From IMG/VR virus record IMGVR_UViG_3300011113_000581, positions 24,134 through 88,133 of that record: a stretch of DNA of 64,000 bases; one strand, 5' to 3'. The notes beneath the pieces were generated by a model. That model saw only the letters and a list, made by a program, of their open reading frames with translations. It did not search any database and was not told the DNA's origin. The position numbers were made by a program, and so were the translations under genes. This document shows, one piece after another, positions 32,600 through 42,758 of the stretch (position 1 is the first letter of the stretch; each line of letters starts with the position of its first letter). This stretch comes from a virus.

Positions 32600-32872
32600 T
32601 CAGTCCATATAGTTAACGGAGCCAAACTTCCAATCTGGGTAAAAGTGTTTCTCCCACAGATCAGGGGTTATAGTTCCCTTAGCAAGGACTTGCTGAACAA
32701 GTAACTTCGCTCGCTCCGGATTCCTTCCGTCGATTGATAAGCCAAGCTTATCGCTCCAACGGATGTAAACCCTGGAGCCGAAGCTCCACACCTTTGCGTA
32801 ATCCTTCAGCCGCCATACGCGGCTAGTGTTGCTGGCGTAAGTTGTTGCTGTTGTCACGGTTGCTGTTGTCAT
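32600..32872 (-). CDS. hypothetical protein, near the start of the early arm
   Basis: MTTATVTT... start. Confidence 0.55.
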   Translation of the reverse strand: MTTATVTTATTYASNTSRVWRLKDYAKVWSFGSRVYIRWSDKLGLSIDGRNPERAKLLVQQVLAKGTITPDLWEKHFYPDWKFGSVNYMD

Positions 32873-33127
32873 TGAACTAACTTGCAATGGAATTCCTGCG
32901 TTGCACGGATGCGCAGCCCCCGTTACACTTATATACCTACCCACCTATTCTTTTTTTTCTACCCACAATTCACTACGTATAGGTGTGTGGAGAACAGTCA
33001 GATAATTATTTCCCCAAACAGGTCAAAAAGTTGGCACCCTCATTTGAAATAATAGGTATTTATACTCAAAAAATATATAAAATACCCATTTGTATGTTAA
33101 AAGTCCACTTAGTCCAAATTTTGAGAC

Positions 33128-33158
33128 AAAAATGCCGGGGTTGTTTATGCCCCGGCGT
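33128..33158 (-). terminator. intrinsic terminator
   Basis: GCCGGGG/CCCCGGC stem with a U run on the minus strand. Confidence 0.6.
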
Positions 33159-33180
33159 GTTTAATAAGTTTTAATTATGT

Positions 33181-33393
33181 TTACTTTTGTTTTTTACTCA
33201 TGTAAGCCTTGGTTACATTCACTGCTTTTTTAAATGCATCTTCATCTGGAAGCTCATATGCCAATTCTTTCTTTGCTTCTGTTACAAAATCACGTACTTC
33301 AAAGGAATCTCGTCCCTCTTTAGCCATATTTAAAGCCCTATTTTTAATTTTTTCCAGGGCTTCGACTCGTTTTTGGCGCACTCCTGCGTCCAT
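33181..33393 (-). CDS. hypothetical protein
   Basis: 70-aa charged helical ORF followed by a terminator. Confidence 0.6.
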   Translation of the reverse strand: MDAGVRQKRVEALEKIKNRALNMAKEGRDSFEVRDFVTEAKKELAYELPDEDAFKKAVNVTKAYMSKKQK

Positions 33394-33495
33394 TTCACAT
33401 ATTTACTTCTGTATTTACATAATATACCGTACGTACATTCCAGATTTCTAAACAATAGAATGTAAAAAGATTAAAAGCTGGTTTAAAAGTAATAA

Positions 33496-36400
33496 ATGGC
33501 GCTCTCTCAAGCTGATTTTTACGCTTATAGCCGTGCCACTGGTGCCCCAGTCCCCGAAGATCCCAGGGAACGGGCTGAAATGGCGCCTGAAGTACTTGCA
33601 TTTCGCCGTAATCAGCTTAAAGCTCCTGAACAACAGGGTCCAGACCCCCTTTCTGTAGGTATTGGGGTAGGTTTGGCTCTTGCGGGAGCTGGTGGAGCCT
33701 TATTTGGCGCACGTCGTTTGATGCGTGGGAAAACTGTTGTTCCATCTCAAGCAGAATTTGATAGAGCAAAAGCTGCAACAGAAGAAAGAGTAAAAAGAGC
33801 AGCACCAACTACTACTGGTCCGGTTGGAAATGTACTTCGTGATTTGTCGTCTGTTTCCGCTCCACCTCCTTCTCGAATTGCCACTGCAGATACTCCAGTT
33901 AGTCGCCAGCAAGTTCCTTCTGGACAATTTAGTAATGTACCAACACGTGCAAATCAGCCCGGTTCTTTTAAAGATTTAACAGATATTCAAAGTGAAATTA
34001 CGGCAGAAGCAAAAACAGATGACTTTTTAAATGCTTATTTAAAAGAACAACAGGAAGAACAGCAGGCAATTGATAAAGAAAACCGTTTTCAATCACGTAT
34101 TGTTCAAGGTATCGAAAGCAAAGAAAAAGCTTTAGCTAAAAATATTCTTGCTGATTTGCGTCGAGAAGAACAAGAAGCTAAACAATTTACACCACGTTCT
34201 TATATTGAAGAAACAGGTGCTGTTGAAGCGCGTCCAACAACTACTCCATCAGCCTGGGACGATACAGAAGATTATCCTGAATTTGTTATTCCTGAAGGAT
34301 CTAAACCTCCGTTAAGGTCTTCTGATCCTTCTAAGTTTTCTTTATCAAGTCTTGGTCAAGATCCCTGGTCGGATTTAACAGGTAAACAGCAAAATCAACA
34401 AAGTTCTGTTGTGCGTCAACAACAAGAAGCTGTTGACACAGGCTTAGATCAAACAATTCAAAATCTTAATTCTATTTCTCAACGTGACGTAGCCTCTGTT
34501 AAAGCAGGTGGATTTGTTTCTGCATCTGAAAGCCCTGCCAACCCTACACTAACTAGCTTAACAGTTAATCCAAATGAATCTGTTGTTGCTCAATTAAACA
34601 AACGAAAAGCATTACGCCAACAAGTTTTAAATCAAACACGCACTTCTTTAGATCTTGAAGCAGGAGATGCACCTCTTCCTGAAGGATTTGAGTTTCAAAC
34701 AACTCAAGCTGAAGGACTTCAAGTTGATCCTGGGGCGGTAGGAAAATTAGCTGAACAAAAACTTGAAGAAGCTAAACAACGACGTCAAACTCCTCCTCCT
34801 GCTCCTATTTCTGAAAGTTATCGCCAAGCTTTATTTGATGATAAAGGTTTATTAAAGCCAGAAATTATTGCTTTACATTTAGGAGATGAAAATGTATTTC
34901 CTGGTGCACTTGGGCAGGAGTTACGTGATTCTCTTACTACTGTTTCAACAATAGAAGCTAGAAAAACAGGTAAGTTAGATAAAATTGTTATTGCAAATCC
35001 AGGTGCACATTTAAGAGCTACTCAACATGTTCGTAATAATTTGTTAGCGCAAGATAACGCTAATACCATTAAAGAGTATTTGATTTCTGGTGGTGAACTT
35101 CAAACACCACGTACTAAAGGATTTGGCTATACAGGTACTCGTTCTATGAATACTGAAGTAGTCACAATTACAAATAATCAAGGACAACAAAAAATTCTTG
35201 TGTCAGGTCCAAAAGCAGCGGCTCGTTATGATCGCAGTGACTTAGAACCTATTTATTATGATCCTGCAACTAAATCGTATGTACGTAAATCAGATATTGG
35301 CGCCACTCAGTCGGTAGAAGGAGAGGCTGGTAGTGGTATTGGTGAAGAGATAGGCCAGGCTATTGGATTTGTCCCAAGAGAGCAAGTTGAAAAATTTACC
35401 ACGCTTCCTGGCACATCGGCATCAGGTAAATATTTAGGAGAAGATCAACCTAAAACCACGTGGTCTGATGACTTATTTGAAAATGCAATTAATGAAGAAT
35501 TAGAAATACAAAATAAAAAACAAGGCGTAGACTATGCTATTGGTGGTGTTAAAGAATTTGGAAGTGGTAAAGAATCTACCAGTTTAGAAATACAGCCTCG
35601 TCCGTTGTTCAATACTCATTACGAAGCTCTTGATGCTAATAAAATTAAAATTACTAACAATGGTAATGCATATTTAAAAGTTGACAAGTTAACCTTATTG
35701 GCTAACCCTGGTACAGAAAGGTACATTGATCCTCAATATGGAACTCTATTTGTAAATCCTTATACAGGCCGTCAATTTTCAAGTCCTCAAGAAGCAACAG
35801 ACACGTATAATCGTTTAACTAACAATTTAAATGTAAAACTAATTGAACGCGCTGAAAAACGAATCAGTGGTTTAGAGCGTGGTGAAAATTTAAATCTTGA
35901 ATTAAGTAAGAGTAAAACAGGTCAAAAAAATGTTGTTACTCGATTAAATCCAAATCTTGTTGTTGAACAAGTTGTAACACGAGGTCCATCTGGTGAAACA
36001 AAAACCAGTAACGTAACTCTTTCTCAGGCTTTACGCAATGAACTTTTAAATGAAGGGTTGCTTCAAGAACATCGTATTATTAATGAGGATGGATCTGAAG
36101 GTGCTCGTTTCTTCAAGCAAACACGATATCAAGTTCCCCAAGATCGCACATATACTGATAAAACTACAGGACAACAGAAAGCTTCAGTTCTTAGTTTTAA
36201 AGATGCCAATTTACCACCAGTTGATGTTAATAAAAGTGATGAAATTCTTTCGGCAAAAAACAATTATTTATTCTTGCAAGGCGTAAATAATGCTCTTGAA
36301 AAAATTACGGGGCAACGCGTTAAAGTTATTGACCAAGCAATTACTTTAGGTCAAGATCCAGAAGTAGAGTTCCTTGGTGGCCCTGGAAAAAACCCTATAC

Positions 36401-37167
36401 TTCGTGAAGCCTTAACGGTTGCAAATACCTTGGCTAATACTTCAGAAACTTCTCGCATCCGCATGCAAGAGCCTGGAGTTGATGCTGGGCTTGGAGAACG
36501 TTATGGATTAGGTGCACAAGAATCGCGTAGAGCACAGCCGAGTGTACCAAGCAGGGTACAGTCTGTTGAGTTTCCTGTTGCAAAAGTTGTAACTAGTACA
36601 ATAAAAGATCCAGTTACAGAAGAACTTGAAGAAGTAAGTTCATTTATTTCAACAGGACAAACAAAATCTGTTTCTAACGCTCCCGAAACAATTGGTGCTA
36701 AACGTTTAGTTAGTGCACTTAACGATTACAAACAAAGAACAGGTAAAGCTTTAAATAAAGCAAATGTTTTGCAATTTGCTTCAAGCATTGCTCAACAAGA
36801 ACAAGCTGATGTTGACGAATTGTTAATACAAGCTTCAATTCTTGCTAAAGGTTCTGGTAAACAAGCAACTGTTGGTAGGCAAATGAAGCAAGGGCGTCAA
36901 GCCCTTGGTTTAATGGATGTAATTTCTCCTGAAGAAGAAATTGCTCAAACAGTTTTAGAATATGATTTTGGCGAGACTGTTGGATCAGATTTAGCAGAAG
37001 CTTTAGCTGCCACTGAGTCTCAGTCGCCTAGGGCTACAATGACAGAAGCACAACAAAGACGAGCGCAAGTTGAACCTCCAGGTTTAAGTGCTGAAACTTT
37101 AGGTAATGTAATGGAACAATTAAGAGCACAAGCAAGTCGCCGCTCTGGTAAGCGCAGGAGTCGTTAA
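33496..37167 (+). CDS. large protein, possible internal virion/ejection protein
   Basis: 1223 aa, N-terminal Gly-rich TM segment, first gene of the late arm. Confidence 0.5.
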   Translation: MALSQADFYAYSRATGAPVPEDPRERAEMAPEVLAFRRNQLKAPEQQGPDPLSVGIGVGLALAGAGGALFGARRLMRGKTVVPSQAEFDRAKAATEERVKRAAPTTTGPVGNVLRDLSSVSAPPPSRIATADTPVSRQQVPSGQFSNVPTRANQPGSFKDLTDIQSEITAEAKTDDFLNAYLKEQQEEQQAIDKENRFQSRIVQGIESKEKALAKNILADLRREEQEAKQFTPRSYIEETGAVEARPTTTPSAWDDTEDYPEFVIPEGSKPPLRSSDPSKFSLSSLGQDPWSDLTGKQQNQQSSVVRQQQEAVDTGLDQTIQNLNSISQRDVASVKAGGFVSASESPANPTLTSLTVNPNESVVAQLNKRKALRQQVLNQTRTSLDLEAGDAPLPEGFEFQTTQAEGLQVDPGAVGKLAEQKLEEAKQRRQTPPPAPISESYRQALFDDKGLLKPEIIALHLGDENVFPGALGQELRDSLTTVSTIEARKTGKLDKIVIANPGAHLRATQHVRNNLLAQDNANTIKEYLISGGELQTPRTKGFGYTGTRSMNTEVVTITNNQGQQKILVSGPKAAARYDRSDLEPIYYDPATKSYVRKSDIGATQSVEGEAGSGIGEEIGQAIGFVPREQVEKFTTLPGTSASGKYLGEDQPKTTWSDDLFENAINEELEIQNKKQGVDYAIGGVKEFGSGKESTSLEIQPRPLFNTHYEALDANKIKITNNGNAYLKVDKLTLLANPGTERYIDPQYGTLFVNPYTGRQFSSPQEATDTYNRLTNNLNVKLIERAEKRISGLERGENLNLELSKSKTGQKNVVTRLNPNLVVEQVVTRGPSGETKTSNVTLSQALRNELLNEGLLQEHRIINEDGSEGARFFKQTRYQVPQDRTYTDKTTGQQKASVLSFKDANLPPVDVNKSDEILSAKNNYLFLQGVNNALEKITGQRVKVIDQAITLGQDPEVEFLGGPGKNPILREALTVANTLANTSETSRIRMQEPGVDAGLGERYGLGAQESRRAQPSVPSRVQSVEFPVAKVVTSTIKDPVTEELEEVSSFISTGQTKSVSNAPETIGAKRLVSALNDYKQRTGKALNKANVLQFASSIAQQEQADVDELLIQASILAKGSGKQATVGRQMKQGRQALGLMDVISPEEEIAQTVLEYDFGETVGSDLAEALAATESQSPRATMTEAQQRRAQVEPPGLSAETLGNVMEQLRAQASRRSGKRRSR

Positions 37168-37169
37168 TT

Positions 37170-37391
37170 ATGACCGAAGAAAAAAAGAAAAAAGAAAAGA
37201 AGTGGATTCAAGGGATGGAGATGAAGGAGGGTGCCTTCACTGCCAAAGCTAAAAAGAAAGGTATTACTTCTGCTCAGCTCCAGGAGAATGTCCTTTCTAA
37301 TCCTGAGAAGTATGATGAACGCACAGTAAAACAAGCACGCTTGCGTAAAACTCTTGTAGGATTACACGGTAAAAAGAAAAATAAAGAATGA
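37170..37391 (+). CDS. small basic protein
   Basis: KKWIQ..MKEGAFTAKA...KQARLRKTL. Confidence 0.65.
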   Translation: MTEEKKKKEKKWIQGMEMKEGAFTAKAKKKGITSAQLQENVLSNPEKYDERTVKQARLRKTLVGLHGKKKNKE

Positions 37392-38035
37392 AAGATGCAC
37401 GCCTGGAATTAGGTCGATATATTTCTAATCCTTTTGATAAAAAAGGAAGACGTATACCGTCTCAGTTAAGTTTTCGTGAATTATTTAGTAATCAATATGC
37501 TATTGAACACGGTGGTTCCCCCTGGGTACCATCTCGATATACTTTTGAAGATTTAACTAAAGCTATTCAAAACCGTAAAATAACTCATAACCCACGTCTT
37601 AATTACGTACCTAATTCTCCTTTCTGGGATGACAACAATGAGTTGCCTCCTGAAAAGTATGAGATGTTTGAGGGCCTGGGACGGTTTAAAAGAGAAGATT
37701 ATAACTTTGATGAGGGTCGCGCTTTAACACGTGTCCGCCCAGAAGATCAACCAGATTTTGATCCTAGTTGGGTGGAAGCATATAAGTTAAGTCCTACGGT
37801 GCGTCCCGATAAGCGTGCTAAAAATCCTATGCCGCGTACCAGGAATCCAGATCCAAACGGGTTTATTATGCAAATGGCAGAAAATCGTGCAGAAAATGAA
37901 TTTAAAGATAATGTATCTGTTGCACAACTTCTTGCGGATAAAAAATTAAACCCGACAGAAGAGCGTGTTGGTCAAGAAAAAATTACGGAAGAAGAACAGA
38001 ACATTTCGCCAGGCAAGACGATTACAACAACGTAA
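37388..38035 (+). CDS. hypothetical protein
   Basis: 215-aa ORF. Confidence 0.65.
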   Translation: MKDARLELGRYISNPFDKKGRRIPSQLSFRELFSNQYAIEHGGSPWVPSRYTFEDLTKAIQNRKITHNPRLNYVPNSPFWDDNNELPPEKYEMFEGLGRFKREDYNFDEGRALTRVRPEDQPDFDPSWVEAYKLSPTVRPDKRAKNPMPRTRNPDPNGFIMQMAENRAENEFKDNVSVAQLLADKKLNPTEERVGQEKITEEEQNISPGKTITTT

Positions 38036-38065
38036 AATAAATAAAGAATTATAAGTTAGATATTT

Positions 38066-38674
38066 GTGGCTAACCCGCAAGCTATGAAAGGGTTACTTGG
38101 TTTTTTAGCAAAACCAAGTTCTGTTGCGGCAGCTAAAGCAGCTCTCCCTGGTGCGGGACTGAACGCGCTTATGGGCATGGTGACAGACGGTCCCATGGGG
38201 GCGCTTGCATATGGCTTGGGTGACTTTGCTTTGAATTACCCGGCCATTCGTGGCGCACGTCGAGTGTTCCCTGGTAGAGAAGTAGAAATTAAAAATTTAA
38301 AAACCGGAGAAATTGCTAAAGATTATCAACCTTCTTTTGGAGAAAATGCAATTAACTTTGGAGCTTCTATTGGTTCTAACTATGCAATTTCTAGTTTGAT
38401 GCCACCGAGGGCACCTTCTGTTCAACCTGATGCTCAACAATTTTTAGCGCAACAAGCTCAACAAGTTGTTCCTCAAGTTGAATCACAAGTTGCTCAAAAC
38501 GCTCAACAACTGGCTCAACGTTCTTATGTTAATGAACTACCTCAGGGGCAGTTAAATTTATCTCCTAATACCATGTATCAAATGCAAGGTATTGAACATA
38601 CAGCTTTTCATTATCCAGGTGTAACTCTTCCTCCTGAATTACTTGCACAGTTGAAGGAACAGGGGATTATGTAA
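38066..38674 (+). CDS. hypothetical, possible internal virion protein
   Basis: Gly/Ala hydrophobic segments, Gln-rich C-half. Confidence 0.6.
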   Translation: MANPQAMKGLLGFLAKPSSVAAAKAALPGAGLNALMGMVTDGPMGALAYGLGDFALNYPAIRGARRVFPGREVEIKNLKTGEIAKDYQPSFGENAINFGASIGSNYAISSLMPPRAPSVQPDAQQFLAQQAQQVVPQVESQVAQNAQQLAQRSYVNELPQGQLNLSPNTMYQMQGIEHTAFHYPGVTLPPELLAQLKEQGIM

Positions 38675-38676
38675 CT

Positions 38677-39639
38677 ATGGCTCAACAATATCGTGGTTTT
38701 GGTGGTGGTGTTGAAGCTGCTAAACAATCTTTAAAACAATTAGGAACAGGTAAGTCTTATCGTCCAAAACGTAATATTTTTTACGATCCAGAATTTCGTA
38801 AAGATATTAAAGAAGCTGGTATTACAAGGGAAACACCTTTGGCTTTTCTTGGTGCATATGCAACAAGACTAGGTGCTGATTTAACTACGGATGAATCACG
38901 TTCTTTGTATTGGCAATTTAGCCATCCGCTTGAGATGGCTGATCAAGCAATGCGTAAAATAGTTGATCCAAATAAACAGCTTGGTTATGGACGAGGTTTA
39001 ATTGCGTTAACTGCAGTTGCTCCAGCAGTTGCTCTTACCGGTGCATACAATCCATTAAACATTGGTGAGTTAGGCAGACCTACCGGATACAAGCAAAACG
39101 TTCCCGATTCAGAAGATCCTACAAAAACAGCCGAGCCTGGCACTGAACTATTTCAACGTTTTTTCCAGGGGAGAACAGGTCGTCCTTTGGCTTTTGAAAA
39201 AGCTCGAGAAGAGATTCCTGATCTCACAAAGCAACGGTATGCAAACTATATGAATTTTCTTTATAACGATCCAGGTCCTATTGGTAAGGCAACCATGGGT
39301 ATTGTTAAGGTCACACCAGAGAACCTTCAGGGAGATCCAGAGGCTCGTATTCTCGGTTACCCAGTCAGTATCCCTTCTGTTACTGCGTTAGCTGGTGGTC
39401 TTGCTGGTGCACGCATGGGAGTCCTTTCTTCTCCTACTGTTCAGACAACTATTCAACCAAGCTTACTTAAGGGTGAAAAAACAATTACTACTCGAACAAT
39501 GGGAAGAAAAACCCCAGCTATTGTACGTGGCTTAGCAGGTGGAGCACTTGGTTCCGCCGCTGGTGCAATTGCAGGTGTTCTTGCCAACCAAGCCATTGCT
39601 GCCGCTGGTAATACACAAGATAAACTACCAATGCAATAA
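38677..39639 (+). CDS. hypothetical, possible internal virion protein
   Basis: Several GxxxG hydrophobic segments. Confidence 0.6.
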   Translation: MAQQYRGFGGGVEAAKQSLKQLGTGKSYRPKRNIFYDPEFRKDIKEAGITRETPLAFLGAYATRLGADLTTDESRSLYWQFSHPLEMADQAMRKIVDPNKQLGYGRGLIALTAVAPAVALTGAYNPLNIGELGRPTGYKQNVPDSEDPTKTAEPGTELFQRFFQGRTGRPLAFEKAREEIPDLTKQRYANYMNFLYNDPGPIGKATMGIVKVTPENLQGDPEARILGYPVSIPSVTALAGGLAGARMGVLSSPTVQTTIQPSLLKGEKTITTRTMGRKTPAIVRGLAGGALGSAAGAIAGVLANQAIAAAGNTQDKLPMQ

Positions 39640-39685
39640 ATGTTGCTTCTGGTAGAATTTAAACATCTCAAGAAATATTATTAAT

Positions 39686-40513
39686 ATGGACGACGGGTCC
39701 TCTTTTGGAAGTTTAAGAAATCTTATAGCATCGCGTGAACGCGGTGGCTTAGGTGTGGATCCACGTTTAGTGCGTGCTTTGGGTCCAGAAAGGGCAGCAC
39801 GATTTCAACAGGGCGTTGAAAATATAGGTCCACAAGCAGAAGCAATACGTAAAGGATATATGAAGCAGCCTGGTAAATACGGTACCGGACTTGCCGCAGT
39901 AGGAGTGACCAGCTTGCAAGCATTAGGAGGGGATCCTCTTGGTGCAGTTACTAGTATTCCAGGATCTTTAGCAGGTGGTGGACTTGGTTCGCTTGCTGCA
40001 AATCTTATGCCAGGGGCTTTAAAACCTGTTGCAAAAGCTGTTTTCCCTTTAGTAGGTGGTTTAATTGGCGGTTCTGCCAGTGAACAAGCTGCACGCGCGG
40101 GCCTTAACTACCTTGGAGCTAAAATCCCAGGGGCAGAAGAAGTTGCCGCAAAGAGCCAAGAAGAGCGTACTCGTGATTTTGATCGCGAGCAAGCAAGGAA
40201 AGATTTTGAAACACAAACACGAGCTGAGCTTGCGCGTGATTTAGAGTATGCAAAGGCAATGATGCCTTTAACTGTTGAACAAGAAAAAGCATTAATGCCT
40301 CTTCGGGAGCAATTAATGCGTACACAACTTGTTAATCAACAGGCTCTTAATGCAAGTAACGCGGCTCTTTATCAGCAAATGGGGCGCAGCGCCACGATGG
40401 GCAAATATGTTTTAGCTTCCCAAGCAGAAGCTGGCGCTACAACCCGTACACTGCTATCGCAAAATCCATACGCCGGTTCTGTTCTTCAAGCCCCTCAAAT
40501 TAGCTTTGGTTGA
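39686..40513 (+). CDS. hypothetical, possible internal virion protein
   Basis: Gly-rich hydrophobic core plus coiled coil. Confidence 0.6.
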   Translation: MDDGSSFGSLRNLIASRERGGLGVDPRLVRALGPERAARFQQGVENIGPQAEAIRKGYMKQPGKYGTGLAAVGVTSLQALGGDPLGAVTSIPGSLAGGGLGSLAANLMPGALKPVAKAVFPLVGGLIGGSASEQAARAGLNYLGAKIPGAEEVAAKSQEERTRDFDREQARKDFETQTRAELARDLEYAKAMMPLTVEQEKALMPLREQLMRTQLVNQQALNASNAALYQQMGRSATMGKYVLASQAEAGATTRTLLSQNPYAGSVLQAPQISFG

Positions 40514-40953
40514 TTATGGCTTTTTCTGATACTGTTTCCAAAGGTACTCAAATAGGTATGTTTGGCTGGAATCCTCTTGCCAATATTCGTTCTCAAGAAG
40601 ATTACAACAAATTACCTGACGGTCTTAAAAATGTTTATAATGAAGCTCTTGGCTATAGGAATATTATTGGAGGTTTAAATGAATCTCCGGAACAACGTAA
40701 ACAAAGATTGCAAGTTGAGCTTGATGCACAAAAAGAGATGCTTAATTTTGCACAAGGCCTGGGCAAAGAGTCAGTAGAAACTGCTTATAAATATAAAACA
40801 CTTGCCGATATTCCTAAAACAATTGCTCAAGGATTTGGCAATATTGCCGCAACTAATTTATATGGTGGTCAAGCCTTGGCAGCTCCTTACAATTATCCAA
40901 GATTGCAACCTATTGCCTACAATCCTAGGCCTGAAATAGATTATTTTAGCTAG
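40510..40953 (+). CDS. hypothetical protein
   Basis: Late-arm ORF. Confidence 0.6.
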   Translation: MIMAFSDTVSKGTQIGMFGWNPLANIRSQEDYNKLPDGLKNVYNEALGYRNIIGGLNESPEQRKQRLQVELDAQKEMLNFAQGLGKESVETAYKYKTLADIPKTIAQGFGNIAATNLYGGQALAAPYNYPRLQPIAYNPRPEIDYFS

Positions 40954-40959
40954 AATAAA

Positions 40960-41508
40960 ATGACCTACAGTTTCCCGTCTCAATTTACAACTTTTGATCC
41001 GTCAAAAGCTTTCTCTGGTGGGTATGGGAATTTTTCTAATCCTGGCGCTTTAAAAAGTGGTAGTGGAGGCAACATGTTAGGCTTAGTCGGTACTCTAGGT
41101 AGCAGTTTAATTGGTGCTATTTCCGGTTTTGGTCAAGTACAGACTGCTGCAAGTATTGCACAAGCACAAGCTGATCAAGCTAGAGATCGACAGATTTACG
41201 AAAGAGAGGTAAATAAAGGCGCTCTTGCTCAAGGCATACATCAAATGGTGTATGGATCAACTACGGCACCTGAACTTGCCCTTGGTTTTCAAGAACGAGC
41301 TAAAAAACTTGAGCTGGGTCCTTTTGCTGAACGACAACTTGGACTCAGTTCAGAAGCGTCTAAGCGGGAACGGTTTGGACGTATTTCACCTGAATCCAAA
41401 GAAGCGGCTAGATTTGAAAATAAACTTGCTATTGATCGGGCTATTGCAGAACGTCGCGCCATAACTGACGCAATGTTTGGTCGTACATCTTCTAGTTATT
41501 TTACATAA
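40960..41508 (+). CDS. hypothetical, ejection-protein-like
   Basis: GLVGTLGSSLIGAISGFGQ...AQAQA architecture. Confidence 0.55.
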   Translation: MTYSFPSQFTTFDPSKAFSGGYGNFSNPGALKSGSGGNMLGLVGTLGSSLIGAISGFGQVQTAASIAQAQADQARDRQIYEREVNKGALAQGIHQMVYGSTTAPELALGFQERAKKLELGPFAERQLGLSSEASKRERFGRISPESKEAARFENKLAIDRAIAERRAITDAMFGRTSSSYFT

Positions 41509-41517
41509 GGAGGGAAT

Positions 41518-42531
41518 ATGGGAGGAGGACCTACGGTTACTTATAATCCGCCACCGCCGGACGATACTTTTGCAAAATATTTGCAATACACTAAAGAAAA
41601 AGAAGCTGCCGCTGAAGAACGCGCTGCAACGGAGCGAAAAGAAGCTGCGGCGGCGGCACGAGCGCGAACACTGGCTGGTTCTTCTGCTTATAGTGGATTA
41701 AAACAAGCTACCAAACAGCAGCTTTCTCAAGGTTTAATTAGTTACGAAAATGCTGCTAATCAGTTACGTGATTATGCGGCTAAATATAATTTAAATGAAT
41801 ATGATTGGAGCGATTACATAAATCGATACGAAGATTTAAAAACTGCCTTTGGCGGGGATGTATCTAAAGCCGCAGAACATTATGAAACCTATGGAAGGAA
41901 AGAAGGCAGACAAGTAAACTTACTAGCAAATACAGAAGCAGATATTAATGAATTAACTCAACAATACATAGAAACTCTCCCCGGTAAACGAGCGGCAGGA
42001 ATTAAGGCTTCCTATGAAGAATTGCTTGGTCGCCAGGCTTCAGAGGAGGAAATTTCTAAAGCGCAGGAAAGGTTTACCCAAGGTGTTTATGGGTCGATGG
42101 AAGACTTTAAGTCTTCTCTTAGTAAAAGTTCTGAGTATCAAGAAAAGTTCAATCAAAGCTATCTTGATAATTATTATGATACGCAGTTTGGTAAACAAAC
42201 CCTTACTGCAGAAGGTAAGAAGACAGGTAAGCGTACTTTTAAATTTGATGCAAGTCTCCTTCCTCAGTATTCAGGAGATCTTCAGGCAAGTACTAAGATC
42301 ACGACACCTGACTTCAGTAAAGAGTTTGTAGGAACTCCTGCTGAGCTGGAAGCACAACAGCAAAACATCCGTGATACAAGGCAATTCTTGTACAGTGCAG
42401 GTTTAACAAACTTACAAGGTGATATCGATAAAGAGACTCAGAAACTCAAGAATGAAGGGAGTAAAGCGGTAGCTAAAATCTCTGCAGAAGGAAGTGTGTA
42501 TTCAAATCTTGTTTCTGGTTTCTGGAGTTAA
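41518..42531 (+). CDS. hypothetical virion protein with a surface-protein-type module
   Basis: MGGG start with AGGAGG SD; DYINRYEDLKTAFG.D...A.EHYETYGRKEGR. Confidence 0.6.
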   Translation: MGGGPTVTYNPPPPDDTFAKYLQYTKEKEAAAEERAATERKEAAAAARARTLAGSSAYSGLKQATKQQLSQGLISYENAANQLRDYAAKYNLNEYDWSDYINRYEDLKTAFGGDVSKAAEHYETYGRKEGRQVNLLANTEADINELTQQYIETLPGKRAAGIKASYEELLGRQASEEEISKAQERFTQGVYGSMEDFKSSLSKSSEYQEKFNQSYLDNYYDTQFGKQTLTAEGKKTGKRTFKFDASLLPQYSGDLQASTKITTPDFSKEFVGTPAELEAQQQNIRDTRQFLYSAGLTNLQGDIDKETQKLKNEGSKAVAKISAEGSVYSNLVSGFWS

Positions 42532-42573
42532 ATATATATTGTATAATTAATCAAGAGTCAACATTCATAACTA

Positions 42574-42753
42574 ATGACTAGCTCTGTTCCTACCGGTCAA
42601 ACTACCGCTGACGACTACTTTGATATTGCAAAGTTTGAACAACTTTTAGAGCGTCTTGAAGGTTCTAAAGGTCGTCAGAAGCGTCAGGAATCTCTCGAAG
42701 GCCGTCGCAATATTTATGCCCAAGGTCTTGCTTCGATGATGTCTAATTTCTGA
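42574..42753 (+). CDS. 59-aa protein, paralogue 1
   Basis: Manual ORF MTSSVPTGQTTADDYFDIAKFEQLLERLEGSK... Confidence 0.7.
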   Translation: MTSSVPTGQTTADDYFDIAKFEQLLERLEGSKGRQKRQESLEGRRNIYAQGLASMMSNF

Positions 42754-42758
42754 TTTAA

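Noticed and set aside
32437-33174. ORFs 32437..32625 and 32983..33174
   Set aside because: No translation signals, they overlap regulatory-looking sequence, and their composition is non-coding-like.
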